Assembly (NCBI GenBank): GCA_964657465.1
Contig: CAZZVD010000002.1
Location: 1-62,731, forward strand
Direction of reading: 5' to 3'
DNA length: 62,731 bases
Origin: an uncultured Acetobacteraceae bacterium
Lineage (GTDB): Bacteria; Acidobacteriota; Terriglobia; Terriglobales; Acidobacteriaceae
A program made the translations under genes and the position numbers. Position 1 is the first letter of the stretch. The number at the start of each line of letters is the position of its first letter. Below are positions 19,172 to 27,700 of the stretch, one piece after another. The notes under the pieces were generated by a model. It was given only the letters and a program-made list of their open reading frames with translations, had not been told where the DNA came from and did not search any database.

Positions 19172-20242
19172 ATGGCAACCAGCGAGACAGTCCGATTGAC
19201 GCAACACACCAAAAGCGGAGGTTGCGCCAGTAAATTGGCGCCGGGCTCCTTGCAGGCCGTGTTAGCCAAGCTGCCACGACAGAAAGACGACATGATGTTA
19301 GTCGGTTTCGATACTTCCGACGACGCCGGCGTCTACCAGATAAGCCCCGATCTGGCGCTTGTCAACACTGTGGATTTCTTCACGCCACTTATCGACGATC
19401 CGTACACATTCGGTCAGGTCGCGGCGACCAACGCGTTGAGCGATGTCTACGCGATGGGTGGAAGACCGATTACCGCGCTGGCGGTGGTTTGCTTTCCAGA
19501 AGACGGAGACTTCGATGTGCTTGCTCAGATTATGAAGGGCGGCCTGGCCAAGATGGCGGAGGCGGGTTGTGCCGTGGTTGGCGGGCATACAGTCCGGGAC
19601 GCCGAGGTGAAGTTCGGCTATGCGATCACAGGTTTGATTGACCCGGCGCGCGTGTTTACCAACTCAGGAGCGAAGCCCGGCGACAAATTGATTCTCACCA
19701 AGCCCATAGGCACAGGGGTCATCACTACAGCGTTGAAGCAGAATAAGGCGCAGGAGTCCTGGGTAGCCGCAGCGATCTCACAGATGACGAAACTGAATAA
19801 GCAAGCCTCGGATCTGATTGTCAAGGAGTCATTCGACGTCCATGCAGTCACAGACGTTACGGGCTTCGGCTTGATGGGGCACGCGCGTGAACTGGCCCGG
19901 GGCAGCGAGGTGAGCCTGGAGATTCAGGTCGAAGCCATACCGTTACTCGAAGGAGCACTGGAGGCAGTGCATCTTGGAGCGGTGCCCGCGGGACTGCTTG
20001 CCAACCGGGAATTTGCAGAGTGCATTGTTTCCTGCGGCCCTGCATCCGACATTGCCGAAGATCTGAAGACCCTTCTGTATGATCCGCAGACCTCGGGCGG
20101 GTTGTTGATTTCGCTTAGCGCGCAAAAAGCCGACGAGTTGGTGACCCGGTTGCACGCTCTTGGTATCTTTGCCGCGATGATCGGCCGGGTGCTTGACCCG
20201 CAAAAGACCCGGACGAGGTCAGGCGAGATTCGCTTGGTGTAG
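19172..20242 (+). CDS. selD: Selenide, water dikinase (selenophosphate synthetase) SelD, Cys form
   Basis: N-terminal SGGCASKL loop (Cys/Lys equivalent to E. coli C17/K20) and an AIR-synthase-like fold. GAGGAA RBS. Starts 29 nt after the ligase gene. Confidence 0.9.
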   Translation: MATSETVRLTQHTKSGGCASKLAPGSLQAVLAKLPRQKDDMMLVGFDTSDDAGVYQISPDLALVNTVDFFTPLIDDPYTFGQVAATNALSDVYAMGGRPITALAVVCFPEDGDFDVLAQIMKGGLAKMAEAGCAVVGGHTVRDAEVKFGYAITGLIDPARVFTNSGAKPGDKLILTKPIGTGVITTALKQNKAQESWVAAAISQMTKLNKQASDLIVKESFDVHAVTDVTGFGLMGHARELARGSEVSLEIQVEAIPLLEGALEAVHLGAVPAGLLANREFAECIVSCGPASDIAEDLKTLLYDPQTSGGLLISLSAQKADELVTRLHALGIFAAMIGRVLDPQKTRTRSGEIRLV

Positions 20243-20278
20243 CGTCTGTGTTCTGATCCGGCACCGGCGGCACATCGG

Positions 20279-20752
20279 CTACTTGCCGGCTTGGTCGGCT
20301 AAGAATTGGTCGTAGGGGCCGTCGACAGTTACAAACAACACTGCCCCTTGCTGTGGCGATGTCGAGGTGCTGTGGGCCACGGTGGCAGGGGTGAAATTGA
20401 ATCCGCCGGGCCCGAGGAGAATCCTTTTGCCGGCCTCTTCGATGATAAGTGCGCCACTAATTACTGTATGCGTTTCGTTTGCGTGGTGCCAATGGCTGGG
20501 CACATGAAAATTCTTGGGCATGCGAATCATGAATTGAGTCAAATGAGAATCTGAGTCCTCGTGAAGCACCGCTCTCTCTGGAGAGGCTTTTCCGAGCGAT
20601 GGTTCCATCTTTTGCCAGTTCATCTGGGACCGATTGAGATTGATTGGTGAGGCCTGGCAGTTTGCAGATACCGGGATGTTTTCGGAACGAGTTACCAGGA
20701 CGACGAATGCGGCGGCAAAGAGTATACGGAGGGCAGGACGGGAAACGCTCAT
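20279..20752 (-). CDS. Secreted cupin-domain protein
   Basis: Signal peptide. Cupin motifs HWHHANETHTVISG ... GGFNFTPATVAH. Confidence 0.7.
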   Translation of the reverse strand: MSVSRPALRILFAAAFVVLVTRSENIPVSANCQASPINLNRSQMNWQKMEPSLGKASPERAVLHEDSDSHLTQFMIRMPKNFHVPSHWHHANETHTVISGALIIEEAGKRILLGPGGFNFTPATVAHSTSTSPQQGAVLFVTVDGPYDQFLADQAGK

Positions 20753-20781
20753 GGTAATTTCCTGGAAGTATAGGTAGCGTG

Positions 20782-22002
20782 TTAGCCGCGGAACCGGATA
20801 GCCTCAGCAATTCGCATACGGTTCATGTGAAACATCGAAGGAATGGCGCTGACGAGTGTAATGAAAACGCTGCATAAAGCGGCCATGAGAGCGCCGGTAT
20901 AGCCGAGATGGGTCGTACCGAGGATGTGGCCGGAAGGAAGCGTGGCGGCGGCCGAAAGAATAAGCTCGACACACGGCACGCTGAGCATGGCTCCTAACAG
21001 CGTAATCAGGCCCGCCTCGGATAGGGTAAGAGCAATTACCGCTGGTTTCGAATAGCCAAGAACTCGCATAATGGCGAGCTCGCCCAGACGTTCGCTTGTA
21101 TTGAGCGCAATGGTCGTAGCGGTTATCAAGAGCAGAGTAAAGGCTGTAGCAGCGGCGATCCAGGTCATAAACCGCTGAATGCTGCCCAAACGAGCAATGG
21201 ATTCCAGCGCATAGGCTGACTCCGTCTCGGTCCTGGTGGGTTGAGGAGCGTTGTGAAATTCCTGATCGATAGTGGCCATAACCGCATTGACTGAGGCAGG
21301 GCTGTCTACACGAGTAACAAAGATTCCTTCCAGTCCCTTGAGGTAAGGCACGGAATCGGCCAGAGGTTGCCAAGGGAAAAGAAGAGCATCCCAGCCATTC
21401 GGGGAATCGAAAATCGTACGCACGGTCAACTGTAAGTCGACCGGGGTGATGGTGCCTTTGAGCAGTATGCGGTCATTGAGTTTCCAACCGTAACGATCAG
21501 CGAGCAGGCGAGGCACAGCCGCGCCGGAAGGGTCCTTCTGGAAGGCTGCGATTTCGGCGGCGGGAGCTTTCCACTCAGGGTAGATAGTGAAGATTTCCAT
21601 TGGGTCCGTACCGTATTGAGGAAAAAAATTTGCGGCCGTACCGTCTTTGTAGGTGCCGCCAAAAAAATTAAGCTGGGCGATTGCAACAACTCCTGGGATT
21701 TTGCGGATGTGCTCGCGATAATATGTCAGTATCGGGAAGAACAGCGAAACGCGATTTCGGGTGAGAAGACGGACGCCCTGTTCGCCGCTGCCAGAAGTGC
21801 TGTAGAAGCGGCTCCAGACGCTCCAGAGCAAGCCGAGAACCACAAAAAAAACTGTAACGCTCGCCAGGTTGGAAGCACTACGTCGTGGGTTGCGGAACGC
21901 GTTTGTGAAAATCAGGCTGATCCACGTCATAAACGAAACAGCACCTGTACCCTGTCGTTCTCTTTGCGACTTCATCGTGTCATCAAAGGCATAGCAGGTC
22001 AA
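20782..22002 (-). CDS. ABC transporter permease, FtsX/MacB/LolC type
   Basis: An N-terminal TM helix, a large periplasmic domain and a C-terminal FtsX 3-TM bundle (RVLGYSKPAV...). Confidence 0.8.
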   Translation of the reverse strand: MTCYAFDDTMKSQRERQGTGAVSFMTWISLIFTNAFRNPRRSASNLASVTVFFVVLGLLWSVWSRFYSTSGSGEQGVRLLTRNRVSLFFPILTYYREHIRKIPGVVAIAQLNFFGGTYKDGTAANFFPQYGTDPMEIFTIYPEWKAPAAEIAAFQKDPSGAAVPRLLADRYGWKLNDRILLKGTITPVDLQLTVRTIFDSPNGWDALLFPWQPLADSVPYLKGLEGIFVTRVDSPASVNAVMATIDQEFHNAPQPTRTETESAYALESIARLGSIQRFMTWIAAATAFTLLLITATTIALNTSERLGELAIMRVLGYSKPAVIALTLSEAGLITLLGAMLSVPCVELILSAAATLPSGHILGTTHLGYTGALMAALCSVFITLVSAIPSMFHMNRMRIAEAIRFRG

Positions 22003-22110
22003 TTAAAAAGCCAGGATTTCTTGGTGCAGACTCGCGAAGTTTGATATAAAAACGTTGTCCTTTGTATTTCCCCTTTAGCTCGCCAACCAAACATTCCTTG
22101 TGGTGCTCTT

Positions 22111-22854
22111 GTGTCAGTTTCCGATAGCAGCGTGCCACTGTTACAGTTTGTCAGTGTTTTCCAGCGTATGCCTGCGTCTGCAGGGAACCTCATTATTGAT
22201 GCATCGTTCGCTTTGCACGCCGGCGACCGGATATGCATCACGGGCAAATCTGGAAGTGGCAAGACAACCCTTCTCAGCCTGGCAGGCGGATTGCAGGATC
22301 CAACGGGGGGAAGTGTTCTATATCGAGGGATCTCCTGGAAAGAAATGCCGTCAAAGGAGCGGGTGCTGCGCCGCGGTAAGTCCGTGGGATTTGTGTTTCA
22401 GAGTGCCAATCTAGTGCCTGTGATGACTGCATATGAGAACGTTGCCTACGCATTGATGCTTGGCGCTCCACACATTGGCGATGCGGAGCGCAGAGCGTTG
22501 ACCTTGCACGCACTGGAAGTGACTGGATTGGCGGACCGGCGGTCGGCGCGCCCGGGGACCATGAGTGGCGGTGAATGTCAGCGTCTGTCGGTCGCCCGCG
22601 CCATGGTGAAGTCACCGGCGCTGGTGCTTGCAGACGAGCCAACATCGCACCTCGACGACGAAAATGCTGAGCTGGTCATTCGATTATTTGAAGATTCGCA
22701 TCGCGCATATGGGGCTGCGTTTTTGATCGTGTCACACGATCGAAGACTTGTTTCCGTGTATCGAAAAACATTTTCGCTGCATAACGGCAGATTGGCAGTT
22801 GAATCCGCAACGTCTGCAGGAACATATTCCAAAGCGCTGCAGGGCACAGGATGA
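22111..22854 (+). CDS. ABC transporter ATP-binding protein (LolD/MacB-type)
   Basis: Walker A GKSGSGKTT, signature MSGGECQR, Walker B LVLADEPT. Confidence 0.85.
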   Translation: MSVSDSSVPLLQFVSVFQRMPASAGNLIIDASFALHAGDRICITGKSGSGKTTLLSLAGGLQDPTGGSVLYRGISWKEMPSKERVLRRGKSVGFVFQSANLVPVMTAYENVAYALMLGAPHIGDAERRALTLHALEVTGLADRRSARPGTMSGGECQRLSVARAMVKSPALVLADEPTSHLDDENAELVIRLFEDSHRAYGAAFLIVSHDRRLVSVYRKTFSLHNGRLAVESATSAGTYSKALQGTG

Positions 22855-24089
22855 ATTCGTTTCGACTCGCGATTCTGAATACATTTCGCAACCGCCGCCG
22901 CGCAGGCTTGACCATTGTGCTCATTGCCGTCGCGACTGCCGGCTTGGTGGATAACCAGGGCTTGATCTCGTTTATATTCGATGGGCTGAGAGACGAAGCA
23001 ATCTACGGCCGATATGGCCATGTTCAGCTTTATCGCGCTGGTTATGCACTCGGCCACCGCCATGCCCCCTACAGCTTCCTAATATCGGATCAGGACTTTC
23101 GCGAGGCGCAGGAAAAACTTCAGAAGACACCGGGCGTCGAGCAGGTTCACGCCGATCTCTCCATGCCGGCCGTGCTTTCTTCGGGCAGCCACAAAGCAAC
23201 AGCAATCGCTCTGGGCGTTGAACCGTCTGCGCTGCAAACCCTCTCGAAAGCGAAGCTGGTTGCAGGGAAAGAAGATCTTTCCGATGCAGGTGCGCAGCCA
23301 TCTGTTTTGCTCGGGCGCGGGCTGGCGGAAAAGCTCGAGGCTCGGCCTGGCGACATGATCAACGTGATGGTTGCCACCGAAGACGGCTCTTACAATGCCG
23401 CCGATCTGATGGTGCAGGGTATTTTTGAGGAGGGTTTCCGTGACTTCGACGACTGGTCGATCAAATTATCACTGCCTGCACTGCAACGCCTCTCCGGGCA
23501 AGCCGGCGTAGAAACGATCAAAATTCTTTTGCACAAAACCGCCGACACCGCCGCTCTGCAGCGCTCGCTCGAAAGCGACCCCGCATTTACACAGAGGCTG
23601 CACCTGGAAACCACTTCCTGGAAGGATATGGCGGTCTTCTACGGACAGGTCGTCGCCATGTTCGGGAAGGAACTGGCGGCTATCCGAATCATCATCGAAA
23701 TAATTGCATTTCTCGCTGTTGTGATTTGCATCACCTTGTCGTTCGCGGAACGCGAACGCGAAATGGCTGTCTTGTTAGCCATGGGGATGACACGTATGCA
23801 CCTCATGCTTCTGTTCACCCAGGAGACGCTTTGCCTGGGGGTTGCCGGAGCCGTTCTCGGCAGCTTGTTTTCGATCGTGGGCGCAGTGGCCATCTCCGCC
23901 ATCGGCATTTCAATGCCACCACCACCGGGCTCTACGGTTCCTTTCATCGCGCGGGACGAATTGTCCCTACAGGTCTTGTTGCAATATGCGTTGCTTGCAT
24001 TGGGAGTTTCCCTGCTGGCGTCGCTTGTTCCTGCGCTGTGGATCAGCAAGCTGAATGTAGCGAACGCGTTGCGCCCTGAGGAGGGGTGA
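22851..24089 (+). CDS. ABC transporter permease, FtsX/LolE type
   Basis: ATGA overlap with the ATPase gene. FtsX C-terminal domain (LLAMGMTRMHLMLLF...). Confidence 0.8.
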   Translation: MNSFRLAILNTFRNRRRAGLTIVLIAVATAGLVDNQGLISFIFDGLRDEAIYGRYGHVQLYRAGYALGHRHAPYSFLISDQDFREAQEKLQKTPGVEQVHADLSMPAVLSSGSHKATAIALGVEPSALQTLSKAKLVAGKEDLSDAGAQPSVLLGRGLAEKLEARPGDMINVMVATEDGSYNAADLMVQGIFEEGFRDFDDWSIKLSLPALQRLSGQAGVETIKILLHKTADTAALQRSLESDPAFTQRLHLETTSWKDMAVFYGQVVAMFGKELAAIRIIIEIIAFLAVVICITLSFAEREREMAVLLAMGMTRMHLMLLFTQETLCLGVAGAVLGSLFSIVGAVAISAIGISMPPPPGSTVPFIARDELSLQVLLQYALLALGVSLLASLVPALWISKLNVANALRPEEG

Positions 24090-24092
24090 ATT

Positions 24093-24881
24093 ATGGCGAT
24101 TGTTCAGGTGCTATTGGTCACAAGAAGCCCATTCTATGCTGACGTCCTTAGTCGTATCCTGACCCGCGATCGAAACATACGACTGAATGTTGCGCCGGAA
24201 TTCATGTTGGCCCTGCCCCCGAACTCGGCGGCCGGCGCCTCTTGGATTGTTATCTACGACCTTGATTCGACACATTTGACCTTCGATGCCTACATGAACC
24301 AGATTGCGTCGCGTCCCCATCGTCCAAAGGTGTTGCTTTACCAGGACAATCTGGTCGAAGACGACCTGCTCTACTACTTAAGCCGGGGCACCCATGGTTG
24401 TATCCAGGCCTCCAAGGTGAATACCCTGCTCCTCCCGGTGTTGAAACATATTGCCTCAGGGGGAGTATGGTTTCCGCATAAAGTGATCGCCAGGTTTATT
24501 GAGCGCGTTGTCTGTGAGATGAGCCAGGTGTGCCGTTTGTTCCAGAGTCATCCGCTGGTCTCCAAGCGCGAATGCGAGGTCTGGGCGTTGATCAGCAGCG
24601 GTGCTTCAAATAAAGAGATTGCCAGCAGGCTGTTAATTTCAGAGCGTACCGTTAAGTTCCACGTGAGCCATCTGTTCGAGAAACTGGATGCTTCGAATCG
24701 CCGGGAGCTGATGGTTTTGTTCGGACAGAATGAACCGCAGTTCGGGTCAGAGCAAACGCTCAAGAGTAGTATGGGCCGGGGTTCCGGGAGCAGTGAAGTG
24801 GGGTTTGGGGCAAGACTAAGTGGCGGAAAGACCTCCGTCAACCGCAATACACTGCCCGGTCAGATAGCTCGCGTCTTCTGA
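24093..24881 (+). CDS. LuxR/NarL-family transcription regulator with receiver-like N-terminal domain
   Basis: C-terminal HTH: SKRECEVWALISSGASNKEIASRLLISERTVKFHVSHLFEKL. Starts 3 nt after the permease stop. Confidence 0.8.
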   Translation: MAIVQVLLVTRSPFYADVLSRILTRDRNIRLNVAPEFMLALPPNSAAGASWIVIYDLDSTHLTFDAYMNQIASRPHRPKVLLYQDNLVEDDLLYYLSRGTHGCIQASKVNTLLLPVLKHIASGGVWFPHKVIARFIERVVCEMSQVCRLFQSHPLVSKRECEVWALISSGASNKEIASRLLISERTVKFHVSHLFEKLDASNRRELMVLFGQNEPQFGSEQTLKSSMGRGSGSSEVGFGARLSGGKTSVNRNTLPGQIARVF

Positions 24882-25568
24882 GAGGAGGAAGAGGCCGACG
24901 CGCACTGCTTCTGCGATGGAGCCGGTGCGCTTTAAGGGAATTTGCTGTGTCGCAATCTTCGTCTGTGCTTCGTTCAAGCTCTTCGCCATTCCGCCATCGA
25001 GTAAACCCGGTAAGAGGGCATTGACTCGTATGCCAAAACCCCCCATCTCGACCGCGAGCGCGCGGGTAAATCCCAGCAGTCCTGCCTTGGCCGTACAGTA
25101 ATTGGTTTGACCGGCTACTCCCTTCAACGCGCTCACCGAAGCGACGTTCAAGACAGCGCCTTTTCGTTTGCGCGCCATTTGCATGACAATCGGTTTGGTA
25201 AAGCTGTAAATCCCCATGAGGCTGGTCTCAATCACGGACTGCCACTCGTCGGGTTGCATCATCACTAAAAGTTTGTCGTGCGTAATGCCGGCGTTATTGA
25301 TGAGTATGTCCACGGAGCCCCAGTCCTTAGGCAGCAGGGCGATTGCCTCTGCCCCGGCGTCGGGATTCCGGACATCCGACCGAATCCCGAGCAAGCGGCA
25401 GGGTGCAGCGATTAAACTCAGGGCCTGGGCACTTTGCTGCTTCTGATGCCAGGTGAAGGCGACCCGCGCTCCTGAAGCAAGAAGGTGCTCGATGAAGCCA
25501 CGGCCGAGCGCACCCGTGCCCCCGGTTACCATCGCCGTGCGGTTTGCGAATACTGGTCTGTCCTCCAC
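24816..25568 (-). CDS. fabG: 3-oxoacyl-ACP reductase (SDR, FabG-like)
   Basis: TGGTGALG cofactor motif, NNAG, and the catalytic YCTAK (YxxxK). Confidence 0.85.
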   Translation of the reverse strand: MEDRPVFANRTAMVTGGTGALGRGFIEHLLASGARVAFTWHQKQQSAQALSLIAAPCRLLGIRSDVRNPDAGAEAIALLPKDWGSVDILINNAGITHDKLLVMMQPDEWQSVIETSLMGIYSFTKPIVMQMARKRKGAVLNVASVSALKGVAGQTNYCTAKAGLLGFTRALAVEMGGFGIRVNALLPGLLDGGMAKSLNEAQTKIATQQIPLKRTGSIAEAVRVGLFLLSEDASYLTGQCIAVDGGLSAT

Positions 25569-25617
25569 GCTGAGCCTCGACTCTCCCCCAATATAAATGT
25601 CTACCTGCGTTTCGTCC

Positions 25618-26664
25618 CTATTGGATCGTAGCTTTGCCGGGTTGATCCCAAAGAAGATGAAGGTCGGTATCGATGTATGTTTCCAGTCCCCGCGCTTGCT
25701 CTACGTAATGGATTAAATGCGCGTCATCCAAAGCGAGACGCTCATCGAGTCTTGCGTAACCGGGATAGTGCTGGCCGCCGATGCGCCACCATTCCCGTGC
25801 ACCGCGCAATAGCGAGGCACGCTGGCTGGAACTTACGCTGGTGTCGGCAGCCTTGACATAGCTGTCGCCGAGGGCGGTGTAGGCCTCCGCAAATATGCCC
25901 AGCCCCTGATCGCGAACCGAAGGTGCTTCGGAAAGGGCAATGCAGCGTTTGAGATCAGCGATGGCCAGAGGTAGCTTGCCGGCGAGGGACGGCCAATAAA
26001 GATAGTTCAACCCTCGTCCGTATAGGGCGCCAACCATATTGGGATTTTCCTGGATGGCCTGCGACAGGCGCTCGATCGAGAGGGAGGAAAGGCGTGCTTT
26101 TTGCTCCCGTCCTCCTTCGCGAATCATCAGGTCCACATACGAAAGGCCAAGCTGAAGATTCAATGCAGCGGATGCATCTGCGCGGGTCAGGTCGATGAAG
26201 GTCTTCACCGGCATGGCGGTTGCGGGATCGTTGTCCGCGGGGGCATCCTCAGTCAGGGCCAGTTGCTGTACGGTGCCGGTGGAATTTTGAGCAAGTCCGG
26301 CGAGCGGAGACGGTAGCGCTTCGGGTGAGATAGCGAACTGCTTCTGGAGGATGGTCAGAAACCGTATCCCCTGACGGTACTGGTTGCCTACACATAAGTC
26401 GTCGGGCTTGCTTGCGAGTTTGCGCCGCAGATCCTCCACGGTGTCTTTGAGATGGGCGAGGTCGTGATCGGGGCGCAGATCGCCGCAGGAAGACGATCCG
26501 ATCAGGACGCCTAGTCCCGCCGCATCCGGATAATTGGTAATCGCCGGCAAGGTCAGGATTTTTTGCTGTAATTGGCTTGGACGCCAGTAGAACAGGTAAG
26601 AGCCTGCGCCGAGAAAGAAGCACGCCAGGAGTGCCGCGGTCGTTCCGATGACCCGTCGTTTCAT
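25618..26664 (-). CDS. Membrane-anchored hypothetical protein (helical-repeat-like C-terminal domain)
   Basis: The start is at ATG 26664 (GAGG RBS, MKRRVIGTTAALLACFFLGAG TM anchor). The upstream 330 codons of the 679-aa ORF in the track overlap the DUF1702 gene in another frame and are discounted. Confidence 0.6.
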   Translation of the reverse strand: MKRRVIGTTAALLACFFLGAGSYLFYWRPSQLQQKILTLPAITNYPDAAGLGVLIGSSSCGDLRPDHDLAHLKDTVEDLRRKLASKPDDLCVGNQYRQGIRFLTILQKQFAISPEALPSPLAGLAQNSTGTVQQLALTEDAPADNDPATAMPVKTFIDLTRADASAALNLQLGLSYVDLMIREGGREQKARLSSLSIERLSQAIQENPNMVGALYGRGLNYLYWPSLAGKLPLAIADLKRCIALSEAPSVRDQGLGIFAEAYTALGDSYVKAADTSVSSSQRASLLRGAREWWRIGGQHYPGYARLDERLALDDAHLIHYVEQARGLETYIDTDLHLLWDQPGKATIQ

Positions 26665-26680
26665 ATGCATCCTCGCTTTT

Positions 26681-27700
26681 TCATCGTGTATAGGCTGGAG
26701 CGGCTTCATCCAGCAAAGGAGCCCGTTGCCATGCAAGCTCCGGTATGGCAGTGTTCCGCAGAGCCTCGCGCCATTCCATGTAAGTATGTCCCTGATCCCA
26801 AAGGGAGTCATAGAGCTCGCCGGCCCGGTGCGCACCTTCGAGCAGAGCAGGTTGTTGCTGCAATGACAGGGTTTCGCTAAGAAAGGAATGGTTGGTGTAG
26901 GAGCGGGCGAATAAGCCGATGAAGAGGCCCGTCGCGAAATCGCCCTTGTATTGTGTTTCGAGGGATTCCAGCTGTATGAGTGCGGCGTTCGCGTCCCGGC
27001 AACCAGCAAATCCGGCTGCAATACCGTAGCCCGTAGCCAAATCGACGGCATGCTCCGGAGCCAGGTCCCGGGCCATGGAGCTGAAATCAATTGCCGCCGG
27101 AAGAATAAACCATAGCGCCCTTCCGACACCTTCATAGTAGCCTTTCCGCTGTGCGGTGCCCCAATCGCCACGAGGCCGCATCGAGCGGCCCATACGGAAG
27201 CCGAAGATGGTTTGGGCAAAACCAAAGCCATCGAGCCACAGTGAGTCGAGCCGCGGATCAGGCAGGCTGCCGCGTTGGGTGGGGAGGCTTGGACGCAGGC
27301 GAGCCATGCCTGCGGCAAAGCCCAAGCCGATGGTAAGCAGAAAGTGATGGTTTTGATGGCGTTGCCAAAAAGTGGCGAGCGACTCGCGCTTGCGAAACGG
27401 GTCGATTTGTTGCCGCAGATACATCCCGCTGCAAATTCCCTCAAGGGTAAATGGACGTGAGAACGCGCTGCAATCGTCGGCCAATTGGTTAATGCGTGGT
27501 GTTTCGCGAAAAATCCCGGCGGCGAGCCCGCGTAAGAAATAGCCAACAACCTCACACCGCACACGCATCGCCGTTCGATCTTTGCCAAAGCCCAGCAGAA
27601 TGCGCGGATCAAAGTGCTCGAGCAGGTAAGGTGCAATGAAAAACCAGAGCGCGGCACCGATCACGATGAAAGCAGGAAGTAAAACGACTGGCCAACTCAA
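26681..27700 (-). CDS. DUF1702-family protein (enediyne-cassette E3/UnbL-like)
   Basis: Blocks DPRLDSLWLDGFGFAQ and YYEGVGRALWF match my recollection of the DUF1702 consensus. A TTG start at 27700 overlaps the upstream KS stop (TTGA); ATG 27730 is the alternative. Confidence 0.6.
   Translation of the reverse strand: MSWPVVLLPAFIVIGAALWFFIAPYLLEHFDPRILLGFGKDRTAMRVRCEVVGYFLRGLAAGIFRETPRINQLADDCSAFSRPFTLEGICSGMYLRQQIDPFRKRESLATFWQRHQNHHFLLTIGLGFAAGMARLRPSLPTQRGSLPDPRLDSLWLDGFGFAQTIFGFRMGRSMRPRGDWGTAQRKGYYEGVGRALWFILPAAIDFSSMARDLAPEHAVDLATGYGIAAGFAGCRDANAALIQLESLETQYKGDFATGLFIGLFARSYTNHSFLSETLSLQQQPALLEGAHRAGELYDSLWDQGHTYMEWREALRNTAIPELAWQRAPLLDEAAPAYTR

Noticed and set aside
19172-20242. SelD itself as a selenoprotein
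   Set aside because: The active-site loop reads SGGCASK with a TGC Cys codon, and the gene has no in-frame TGA.
25618-27657. 679-aa ORF suggesting one large protein
   Set aside because: Its N-terminal ~330 codons overlap the DUF1702-like gene (26681-27700) in another frame and have odd Cys/Trp/Arg-rich composition. A good RBS plus ATG at 26664, followed by a TM anchor, defines a 348-aa product instead.
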